Below are positions 19,153 through 27,467 of a stretch of DNA of 64,000 bases, one piece after another; position 1 is the first letter of the stretch; each line of letters begins with the position of its first letter. The stretch is from Spirochaetaceae bacterium (GTDB lineage: Bacteria > Spirochaetota > Spirochaetia > DSM-2461): the NCBI GenBank assembly GCA_051531975.1, contig JAOPTT010000002.1:634445-698444 (forward strand). The letters are read 5' to 3'. The position numbers and the translations under genes are program-made. The notes beneath the pieces are model-generated. The model did no database searches. It was not told the origin of the DNA and saw only the letters and a list, made by a program, of their open reading frames with translations.

Positions 19153-20643
19153 TTATATTCTACTTAGAAAACTATCCATATATTTGAATATGTTATCAAG
19201 TTTAACAGACTCAACTTTTGTCATTTCAATATCTACGAATTCTTTTAAATCATTAAGAGGAATACCTTTCAGAGCTGATTTACCAAGCAGTGCTGCTCCA
19301 AAGGAAGTTGCTTCACTAATGTTAGTAATATACACAGGATTATCCGGGTACATTGATGCTATTAGTTTTATATAAACATCGTTATTTCTAAAGCCACCTT
19401 CAATATAAATAGGAGAACCTTTTGGTGCTTTAACTCTATCTATAGATACTTTGGTCTGGATAGCCAATGAGAGATTTAACACAGTATAGGCATATTCGTA
19501 GTTCTCAAAAAAACCGGGATTATTATTAGTAGTTATTTCATTAGTGGAATAAATCCTCTTATCCTCAATTACCACTGGAGAAGTCTCAGGAAACTGCCCT
19601 GCCCCTTTCATTATTCCAGGAATAATATATTCAGAATTTTTATTAATTATGGATTGTATTAAACCCATATCAAAATTGGGGTAATCCTCTTTATTGTTAA
19701 TCTTTTTTATTAGAGTCATATAAGTTTCAAACTCTAGACCACCCATAAAAATAGCGGTTTTAACAAGATCCTGCTCTGCTGATATGTTATAAAATACAGT
19801 TTTCCCTATTTCATCCTTAGAAAATGAGTACTCTTTTGTTGGGTGCATTACAACACACCATGTTCCAGTGGAATTCAGTATAAAATTATCATCACCCTTT
19901 AAAAGATATGGTATTAACGATGAGTTAGAATCATGAATCCCTACAGTAACAACAGTATCTTGGCTGAGTCCAGTTAATAACGCCATCTCTTTTGTTATAG
20001 TCCCAAGGACCTCGCCTGGATTTTTAACTTCTGTTGGTAATTTAGATTGAATATTTAGTTTATTAACTACATTTGACCATGTCCAATCTTTAAAATTCCA
20101 TAAATATGTGTGGCACCCAGTATACGTATAATCAGCAGCAATTTTTCCAGTAAGTTTGTACCCAAAATAACTAGGATACATAAGAATATTTTCTGTTTTT
20201 TTATAATCCTCAGGATATCTTTTCTGAATAAAATAGATCAGTTTTGCTAGGTTAATTAACGGTTTAACCTGGGCTGTTCCTGTCTCTTCCTGAAGTGTAT
20301 CAGCAGTGCCAACCAGATTATTAAATTCGTTGTGAAATTTTTCAGTTACTTCATTGGTATATGCTACAACAGGAACTGCAAGATCACCTTTGTTATCAAT
20401 ACAAACACATGTTGCTCCATGGGTTGAAATAGAGATCGATTTAATGTTGTATTTTTTACTAAATACCTTCAGGTTTTCATAAAACCATCTCTCAATCTCT
20501 TTTACATTTTCAACATCAAGTTCTCCATGATTAACTGTAGGGATTGAACTATAAATAGAATCAATCTGTCTTAATTTATCATCATAAATTACTATTTTTT
20601 TATTTGTCTTCCCAATATCCAGTACTGCTATAACATATTCCAT
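19153..20643 (-). CDS. FGGY family carbohydrate kinase (probable rhamnulokinase)
   Basis: VLDIGKTNKK, STHGAT, GIHDSN, STGTW, EGGF and ATSFGAA motifs; downstream of rhaA. Confidence 0.85.
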   Translation of the reverse strand: MEYVIAVLDIGKTNKKIVIYDDKLRQIDSIYSSIPTVNHGELDVENVKEIERWFYENLKVFSKKYNIKSISISTHGATCVCIDNKGDLAVPVVAYTNEVTEKFHNEFNNLVGTADTLQEETGTAQVKPLINLAKLIYFIQKRYPEDYKKTENILMYPSYFGYKLTGKIAADYTYTGCHTYLWNFKDWTWSNVVNKLNIQSKLPTEVKNPGEVLGTITKEMALLTGLSQDTVVTVGIHDSNSSLIPYLLKGDDNFILNSTGTWCVVMHPTKEYSFSKDEIGKTVFYNISAEQDLVKTAIFMGGLEFETYMTLIKKINNKEDYPNFDMGLIQSIINKNSEYIIPGIMKGAGQFPETSPVVIEDKRIYSTNEITTNNNPGFFENYEYAYTVLNLSLAIQTKVSIDRVKAPKGSPIYIEGGFRNNDVYIKLIASMYPDNPVYITNISEATSFGAALLGKSALKGIPLNDLKEFVDIEMTKVESVKLDNIFKYMDSFLSRI

Positions 20644-20744
20644 TATTACTCCTATAGTGAAACTAAGCTGCGCTATTTTTTATATAACAACATCAGCTAT
20701 AATGTAATTAAGGAGCACATATGACTTTCATCATACATACCTTC

Positions 20745-21848
20745 CTATTTAGATTGAGAAAATCTATATTTTTCTACTTCCCAGTTTCGTATAAAATCAA
20801 TTTTATCTTTTGGCATAAATTGAACACCACCAAAACTTTCACAATAGACAACAATTTTTACATCATCTATAAATAACTGCTTTGCTTTATTTGCAAGAGA
20901 CATTGTACTGTTAAAAGCAAACGCCCCAATGCCAGAAATTACAACTAATCTAGGATTGCTACCATTTTCTTTTACAAAATGAATCAGATTTTCTTTTAAA
21001 TTATCAAGACTAGATGAATAAACAGGTTTGAATCCATAATAGACTATGTGATCAGGAGTTAGAGATAACTTTAATGGAGCAAATGTTTCTTCTGTTTTTA
21101 TTAAAGATAATATATCACTGTTTGCAAATGCTGTAACTTCAACACCTTCTATTGTCTCTTTAATGATCTGGGCTACTCTATCTGCGTCTGCCCTGTTTAT
21201 ATGTATCTGATTAACATCAGGAAACTTAGTTACATGGTCTTTTATTGATTTAATAATACTGTCATATACTTTATCAATTTCTTCAATATTATGGCCATAA
21301 ACAAATACACCATGATTCTGAAGGAATATCATTTCAGGGTACTCTTTACCACTTTTTACATGTCCATCAATTTTATCTTTAACTTCTTTAGACAGAATAT
21401 AACCAGGATTAGTAACAGGAATCCAGATAGCCTTATCGCCAAACATTTTAGCTACAGCCTGTTCTCCCTCAATACTGCATGTTAAAGCATTTATTAATGC
21501 GGGATGTGTATGCACAACATATTTATATGGCAACAGAGCGTGCAAAAGTGTTTCTACACTAGGTCTTTTCTCTTTCTGACCCGGGAAACGTGATTCCATT
21601 AGATCAACTAGAACTTCTTCTTCCCTTACATCACTATCTTGTGAATAGGATTTAGACCATATGTTATCAAGTTTTTTAAGATCAACTTTTACAAAGCCAT
21701 CCTCTGTAATTGTAGCAAGTTCAGTTCCAGAACCTTTTACATACATAAACTCTTCAGTTTTCCAGGATGTATTACCACCACCTGCAATAACATATTCAGT
21801 ATCGACACCATATCTATTGGATACGGCTATCAGGGTTTCCATACTCAT
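20745..21848 (-). CDS. Class II aldolase/adducin family protein (probable rhamnulose-1-phosphate aldolase)
   Basis: GGGNTSWK, VKGSG, RPSVETLLH, VVHTHP, LQNHG and TPDH motifs. Confidence 0.85.
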   Translation of the reverse strand: MSMETLIAVSNRYGVDTEYVIAGGGNTSWKTEEFMYVKGSGTELATITEDGFVKVDLKKLDNIWSKSYSQDSDVREEEVLVDLMESRFPGQKEKRPSVETLLHALLPYKYVVHTHPALINALTCSIEGEQAVAKMFGDKAIWIPVTNPGYILSKEVKDKIDGHVKSGKEYPEMIFLQNHGVFVYGHNIEEIDKVYDSIIKSIKDHVTKFPDVNQIHINRADADRVAQIIKETIEGVEVTAFANSDILSLIKTEETFAPLKLSLTPDHIVYYGFKPVYSSSLDNLKENLIHFVKENGSNPRLVVISGIGAFAFNSTMSLANKAKQLFIDDVKIVVYCESFGGVQFMPKDKIDFIRNWEVEKYRFSQSK

Positions 21849-23102
21849 CTATTTTCTCCCAGCCAATACTGTCTCTTCATATGTTTGAACATTTTCTATT
21901 AGCTCACGATCTGTAGCTACACCCATCTCTTTACAATATTGATCCCATATTATTCCAAAAGGTTTTGTTTTAACTTCTTCTAAAAGAGCTAATCTACCAA
22001 AATTGTTACCATTTTCTTCATAGGATTTAAGTTGTTTATAAGGTTCTAAAAGTGCAAATAGCAGACCTTTAAGTGAAGCTCTAGATCCTACAGCCCATGC
22101 TCCTATTCGATTTAAAGTACCATCAAAAAAGTCTAGACCAATATAGGTATTATCAACTTTTCCAGAACGTACAAGTTCCTGCATTAAAGCGTAAATATCA
22201 TCGTTTAAAGTAACAACATGGTCTGAGTCCCATCGTACTGGTCTAGAGACATGTAATAACATTTCATCAAGATACTGGTATAGAGATGATATTTTATCTG
22301 CAATAGATTCTGTTGGATGAAAATGTCCAAGATCCAGGCATAACATTTTATTTCTAGTTAATGCATAACCCATATAAAACTCATGGGAACCAACAACAAA
22401 AGATTCACTACCAATTCCAAAAAGTTTACACTCTACAGCGTCTTTTATCTCTTTATCATCTAATTCAAGTGCAAAAACCTCATCAAGAGACTCTTTTAGT
22501 ATTGTTCTGTGGTCCATTCGACTTACAACACTGTCTTTTGCACCATCTGGAATCCATAGATTATGAACTGAAGGTGACCCCTGTTCTCTACCAAAATATG
22601 CTGTAATCTCTCTGGCTCTTTTAACGTGGTCTATCCAGAAGTCTCTAACTTTTTTATCTTTACTACTTAGAGTAAAACCTGAATCAGCCATAGGATGAGA
22701 AAAGCATGAAGCATTAAAATCAAGTTTTACACTGTTTTTTTTAGCCCATTCTACCCATGTTTTAAAGTGTTTTGGTTCTATCTGGTCTCTATCTACTTTT
22801 TCACCTTTAAAATCACCATAAATAGCATGTAAGTTCAGTCTATGTTCCCCAGGAATAAGGCTATATACTTTTTCAAGATCCTTTCTTAATTCTTCCACAT
22901 TTCTTGCTTTACCAGGATAGTTACCTGTTACCTGAATACCACCACCTGATAGTTCTGAATCCGCAGTTTCAAAGCCACCAACATCATCACCCTGCCAACA
23001 GTGAATTGATAAAGATATCTTTTTTAGTTTTTCTATAGCTGATTTAACATCAACACCTATCTCTTCGTATTGTCCTTTCGCGTAATCGTACATATTAGTC
23101 AT
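21849..23102 (-). CDS. rhaA: L-rhamnose isomerase
   Basis: SIHCWQGDDVGGFE, TGNYPGKAR, ECKLFGIGSES, DLGHFHPTE, HVSRPVRWDSDHVV; true start ATG 23102 with RBS AGGAG. Confidence 0.96.
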   Translation of the reverse strand: MTNMYDYAKGQYEEIGVDVKSAIEKLKKISLSIHCWQGDDVGGFETADSELSGGGIQVTGNYPGKARNVEELRKDLEKVYSLIPGEHRLNLHAIYGDFKGEKVDRDQIEPKHFKTWVEWAKKNSVKLDFNASCFSHPMADSGFTLSSKDKKVRDFWIDHVKRAREITAYFGREQGSPSVHNLWIPDGAKDSVVSRMDHRTILKESLDEVFALELDDKEIKDAVECKLFGIGSESFVVGSHEFYMGYALTRNKMLCLDLGHFHPTESIADKISSLYQYLDEMLLHVSRPVRWDSDHVVTLNDDIYALMQELVRSGKVDNTYIGLDFFDGTLNRIGAWAVGSRASLKGLLFALLEPYKQLKSYEENGNNFGRLALLEEVKTKPFGIIWDQYCKEMGVATDRELIENVQTYEETVLAGRK

Positions 23103-23162
23103 AATATAACTCCTGATTCTCTTTAATATATATTCATTATCAATCCGGAATCTATTTCTCAC

Positions 23163-23200
23163 CTTGATTATACCGTCAATTAATAGCATAATTCCGTCAT
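23163..23200. promoter_or_regulatory. Putative RhaS/RhaR-type direct-repeat site
   Basis: CCGTCA at 23173 and 23194 (21-bp period) in the rhaA/araC divergent intergenic region; the second copy overlaps the regulator's ATG. Confidence 0.45.
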
Positions 23201-24068
23201 GAGAGAAGAGCACCATTTACTTGGGGAAAACTTTTTTACTAGTGGTGAGATCCCTTTAAAAATCTTACATCGTGATCCACAGCCGGAATATCCTATCCAT
23301 ACCCATGATTTTTCTGAGTTAGTTATAGTACTAAAAGGTCAAGGTACTCACTTCACCCATAAAAATGATTTTAAAGTGCAGGCTGGGGACCTTTTTGTTA
23401 TAAATGGGGACTTAGCCCACGGATATAAAGACCTGGACAATCTTGTTTTAATAAATATTTTATTTGATATGCAGGCCCTGAAATTACCAAATTTTGATAT
23501 AGGTCGATCCCCAGGTTTCCATACACTTTTTACTATTGAACCACTTTTACGAGAGGATTCTAAATTCTCCAGTCGTCTGAAACTGGATTATAAAGAGATA
23601 GATTTTGTTATTAATTTAGTAAAAAAAATGGAAGATGAATTAAAAAACAGGCAAGATGGATATCACTATTTAACTGTCTCTCTTTTTATGCAGTTAATCG
23701 CTTATTTGTCCAGGTGTTATTCTGATAAATCACGTAACGATAGTTCGAGTCTCTACCAACTGGGGGAGACTATAAGTTTTATAGAACACAATCTGGATAG
23801 GAATATAACTGTTAATGAACTTCTTAATATTTCCCATATGTCAGAGAGCAGCCTTCTCCGTGCATTTAAAAAAATTACAGGGTCCTCCCCTCTAAATTTT
23901 CATTTAAAAAAAAGAATAGACAAGTCGTGTAAAAAACTTATAGAGAGTAATGATTCCATAACAATGATAGCCTATGATATTGGATTTAGTGACAGTAATT
24001 ATTTTTCCAGGCAGTTTAAAAAGATAAAAGGTGAAACTCCTGGAACTTACCGAAAAAGAAGCCGGTAA
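23199..24068 (+). CDS. AraC family regulator (RhaS/RhaR-like)
   Basis: PQPEYPIHTHDFSELVIV cupin and GFSDSNYFSRQFKK HTH; divergent from rhaA. Confidence 0.9.
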   Translation: MREEHHLLGENFFTSGEIPLKILHRDPQPEYPIHTHDFSELVIVLKGQGTHFTHKNDFKVQAGDLFVINGDLAHGYKDLDNLVLINILFDMQALKLPNFDIGRSPGFHTLFTIEPLLREDSKFSSRLKLDYKEIDFVINLVKKMEDELKNRQDGYHYLTVSLFMQLIAYLSRCYSDKSRNDSSSLYQLGETISFIEHNLDRNITVNELLNISHMSESSLLRAFKKITGSSPLNFHLKKRIDKSCKKLIESNDSITMIAYDIGFSDSNYFSRQFKKIKGETPGTYRKRSR

Positions 24069-24080
24069 CCCAGTTTTTTA

Positions 24081-25151
24081 TTAGTATCCGCCGTATTTAC
24101 GTCCCGTTTCATACATAGCCAGTATATTCTCCAGAGGGGAATTGTCCTGAATACTATGGGCAGGAGAGAGAAAATATCCGTTCCCCGGCTTCATAACTTC
24201 AAGGGTGTGTTTCACATGGTCCTCTACATCTTTCACAGAGCCAAATGACAACTGATTGGTAGTGCTTATTCCACCGTGAAAAGAAGCCCGTGTTCCAAAT
24301 TCCTTCATAAGATACTCTGGGCTCATATTATGACACTCGGGTTGTAAGGTATCAAAGGCCGTAACTCCCGCTTTTATATACTCTTCATAGGACCAACTGC
24401 TGGAGCCACAAGTATGGATCATTACAGGTAGATTGTAGGATTTTGCCAGTTCGATAAAGGGTTTTTGCCGGGGTAGGATATGTTTTTGGAACATCTCCAT
24501 GCTGATCATCGGTGCTATTTGAGTTCCCAGGTCTTCACCTATCCAGAAAAACTCCATATGCTTACCTACTTTCTCCAGCTCCCGTTCTGTCACTTCCAGC
24601 TGAATTTTTAGAAAACGGTCAATAAGTAATAATCCCGCAGGTTCATCAAGGGCAAGATCCATGAACATCTGGTCCATACCTCGGAAAAACCCCGCTGTAT
24701 TCATAACGCAGGAGAGCCCGGCATTACCGACATGCATACCATAATCTTTATAACTTTCACAAACGTCACCTAGAACATCATAATCATAATCATCGGGAGA
24801 AGGCATTGGATAATTCGCCACAGTCTCTTCATCCGCTTCTTTTAAGGGGAAATCGCAAAAGTCCCAATAACCTTGACCATTTGAGTGCTCCACCCATCTT
24901 GTATTCCAGCCCCATAACGGATCAACCTTTCTTTCAGCTACTTCCTGATGAAGACGTGGTCCTGTATAAGGCGCGCCGATGGATCTAACATCGACACCGA
25001 GAGCCTGCCTAAGACCTTCGTCGTCAGTTTGATTCAAAGCAAAATGTCTTTTGAGCTGTTTATCTATATCTAAATTACCAAAATAATTAACCGGTACACG
25101 GTCTGTTTTTTCCCGATAAAGGGTGTTTTTTACACGTTCTCTTGAATTCAT
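24081..25151 (-). CDS. Uroporphyrinogen decarboxylase family protein (MtaA/CmuA-like)
   Basis: MNSRERV..L.REKTDRVP, GEDLGTQ, IHTCG, FHGGIS and SPAHSIQ..SPLENI motifs. Confidence 0.85.
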   Translation of the reverse strand: MNSRERVKNTLYREKTDRVPVNYFGNLDIDKQLKRHFALNQTDDEGLRQALGVDVRSIGAPYTGPRLHQEVAERKVDPLWGWNTRWVEHSNGQGYWDFCDFPLKEADEETVANYPMPSPDDYDYDVLGDVCESYKDYGMHVGNAGLSCVMNTAGFFRGMDQMFMDLALDEPAGLLLIDRFLKIQLEVTERELEKVGKHMEFFWIGEDLGTQIAPMISMEMFQKHILPRQKPFIELAKSYNLPVMIHTCGSSSWSYEEYIKAGVTAFDTLQPECHNMSPEYLMKEFGTRASFHGGISTTNQLSFGSVKDVEDHVKHTLEVMKPGNGYFLSPAHSIQDNSPLENILAMYETGRKYGGY

Positions 25152-25316
25152 AATATACCTCTATTAGTAGAATACCACGATAATTAGTTCAGAATAGTGG
25201 ACATATAATCCATAATACAGGATTATATATTCAACATTTGCAAAAAGGAGATACCCATCGATCCATTAATAAACTCAGTTATAATTTATTCTAACTATTA
25301 CCAATTTGAACCATCT

Positions 25317-26123
25317 ATGATCATTACGAATAGTGAAGTATACAGTAGAATGTTTCTCTGGTGTGAATCCGGTGCTGGAGAAATAACAGTAAATGGGAAT
25401 CGATACAAATTTTCAAAAGGAAGCTACCTCATCCTACCCTGGAGACATACAATTACCTATAAGGCGGATAAGGCCATCCCATTTAATCTAGGTGGTATCC
25501 ATTTAATCCCCTATTACTCCCCTTCCCTACCTTTTAAAACCGATGTAGCCCACAATAACCAGCAGGTCTGGTGGAAAGGGGATTCAATTAGAGATTTGGA
25601 AATTCCCCATTTAGACAAGGTTACAGGCGGTCGGTTCAATAAAAACACAAAAGCATTGGAACGGCTGGTAGCCCATACAGTAGAATTGTATCACAGACAA
25701 AGATTTAGACGGATAACTGCCAGTTCACTTGCCCACCTTCTGTTTGAAGAGATTCGATTTGTAGTCGAGAACTTGGCTGTAAATTTAAACAGTACAGAAT
25801 CCAGTAGGTTTGAAAGAATAACCGGATTTATAAGAGAAAATCTGGACAGAGAGATATCTCTTGACCAATTATGTGACTTGGGAGCTGTAAGTTTGTCCAC
25901 ACTACGTCGGCTATTTTTAAAGTCCGTTGGTGTTTCTCCCTATGAATGGATTCTCCAGGCACGTATTGAACGGGCACGTTATTTACTAAGAACCACATCA
26001 GAACCGATCTCTCAGATAAGTCTTCAAATAGGTTTTGAAGATCCCTCCTATTTTGTCCGCCTGTTTCACAAGAGAGAAGGACAAACACCCCACAGGTATC
26101 GTGTTGGGGCTTTTAAAATATAA
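25317..26123 (+). CDS. AraC family transcriptional regulator
   Basis: Cupin (GAGEITVNG) and GFEDPSYFVRLFHKREGQTP HTH; the frame is open upstream to 25209, so the start may be earlier. Confidence 0.9.
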   Translation: MIITNSEVYSRMFLWCESGAGEITVNGNRYKFSKGSYLILPWRHTITYKADKAIPFNLGGIHLIPYYSPSLPFKTDVAHNNQQVWWKGDSIRDLEIPHLDKVTGGRFNKNTKALERLVAHTVELYHRQRFRRITASSLAHLLFEEIRFVVENLAVNLNSTESSRFERITGFIRENLDREISLDQLCDLGAVSLSTLRRLFLKSVGVSPYEWILQARIERARYLLRTTSEPISQISLQIGFEDPSYFVRLFHKREGQTPHRYRVGAFKI

Positions 26124-26197
26124 TTATGATATATAAAATTCAATCTGATTCCCATGTAAAAAATAATTATCTGTATGCAGTGGTGTCAATACTTATG

Positions 26198-26632
26198 TTA
26201 AGTTGCAAAGATTGCATTTACTGGGAAATCAGGAAAAGCTTTAACGATCTTCCCTAGTGTTTTGATGGTAGGATTCCCCTGCCTTTCCAACTTAACATAG
26301 GTATTTCTACTCTTCATTCCTAATGCTTCTCTCATCTGGTGTTGAGTTAATTTGTGTTGATGTCTGTAGTGTCTTAGTAGTGTGATAAAAGCAACATCAG
26401 ATCGAACCTCAACCATAAGGTAGTTGTTATGATTATTGTTTAAGCTTTCATCTGGTAGAGGATGAGAAGGGAACTTCGAGTCGATAGGTTCTTCTAAATA
26501 AACGTTCAGTGCATCTTCTGCCATGAGTTCCAAATCTTCTATTGTATCACCTTGTGTAATACACCCTTTTAGCTCTACACACTCAGTAAAATAACCATCA
26601 TCTTCTTCATGTATAACAAAATGGTATTTCAT
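26198..26632 (-). CDS. hicB: HicB family antitoxin with C-terminal HTH
   Basis: YHFVIHEEDDGY..ELKGCITQGDTIED..AEDAL HicB fold plus an XRE-like HTH. Confidence 0.88.
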   Translation of the reverse strand: MKYHFVIHEEDDGYFTECVELKGCITQGDTIEDLELMAEDALNVYLEEPIDSKFPSHPLPDESLNNNHNNYLMVEVRSDVAFITLLRHYRHQHKLTQHQMREALGMKSRNTYVKLERQGNPTIKTLGKIVKAFPDFPVNAIFAT

Positions 26633-26810
26633 TATTCTATCTCCTTTAGCAAAGCTTTCTCTATGCCTGTACTTAAACTTTTACTCTTAGGGATAATCTG
26701 TGTATTATTCCCTTTCCTAAGTTTAGTATGACTTCCTTTGCCTTGACCTTTAACAATTATCCAACCCGCCTTTTTATACCTTTTATCATCTCTTTGCTAG
26801 AAATTGGCAC
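26632..26810 (-). pseudogene. hicA: HicA toxin, frameshifted
   Basis: GTG 26810 (RBS GAGGAG) MPISSKEMIK, then a one-base shift at the A-run (26781-26784) into RYKKAGWIIVKGQGKGSHTKLRKG..IIP..LSTGIEKALLKEIE*; stop overlaps the hicB ATG (TAATG). Confidence 0.85.
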
Positions 26811-26839
26811 TAGTTGAACTCCTCTTTACTTTATACTTA

Positions 26840-26868
26840 ATAATACAACAGTCTTTATTGGATGTCAA
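26840..26868 (-). promoter_or_regulatory. Sigma70 promoter of hicAB
   Basis: TTGACA-17 bp-TATTAT. Confidence 0.75.
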
Positions 26869-27047
26869 CTATAGGTGTCAGTAATGTATTAGTAGATAGC
26901 TCTGTGACTGGCATGATGCTTACCATCAAAACAAGCTCTGATTGGACATGCTTTAATAACGAACATATTTTTATCCCCGAATCAATATCCTGCTTAGATT
27001 CATTTCAAAAAAAAGCACACTAAATATTCTAAAGTAGTAATTTCAAT

Positions 27048-27335
27048 CTGGATAAAAGAATAATTCAAGCGGAACTTGAGACAACGGCTAAAGAATATCC
27101 AATTATTACCATTATCGGTCCCAGGCAGTCAGGGAAAACAACCCTGGTAAAAAAGTGCTTTCCAAATTACAACTATGCAAATCTTGAAAATCCAGAACTC
27201 CAAACATTAACAATAAATGATCCAAAGAGTTTTCTGATTTTGCATAGCCCACCGGTAATCCTTGATGAAATTCAGAATGTTCCCAACCTTCTATCCTGGA
27301 TACAGGTAATCACAGATGAAAATCCTAAAATATGA
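27048..27335 (+). pseudogene. N-terminal fragment of an AAA+ ATPase (AAA_14/DUF4143 type)
   Basis: LDKRIIQAEL..IITIIGPRQSGKTTL (Walker A)..VILDEIQNVPNLL (Walker B), stop after ~95 codons; no ATG start. Confidence 0.82.
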
Positions 27336-27467
27336 CTGAGACCTGGAAATTGATACACAAAATATTAAGGTGAGGAATTTCAGGGACCTATTTACTAAAG
27401 ATGTGTTGCTTTGATTTGTATACATTCCTCATGAAACGTCAGTAAAATTATGGGCATAATTTAGTAG

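Noticed and set aside
20698..20876. Plus-strand TATAAT + AAGGAG + ATG giving a 51-aa ORF antisense to the aldolase 3' end
   Set aside because: No -35, and the SD/ATG lie in one arm of a minus-strand hairpin after the aldolase stop, which explains the sequence; likely coincidental.
23103..23216. N-terminal extension of rhaA in the ORF track
   Set aside because: Overlaps the divergent regulator and promoter; a good RBS precedes ATG 23102.
26886..27023. VLVDSSV resembling a PIN/VapC N-terminus
   Set aside because: Only seven residues match, with no start codon or further PIN motifs.
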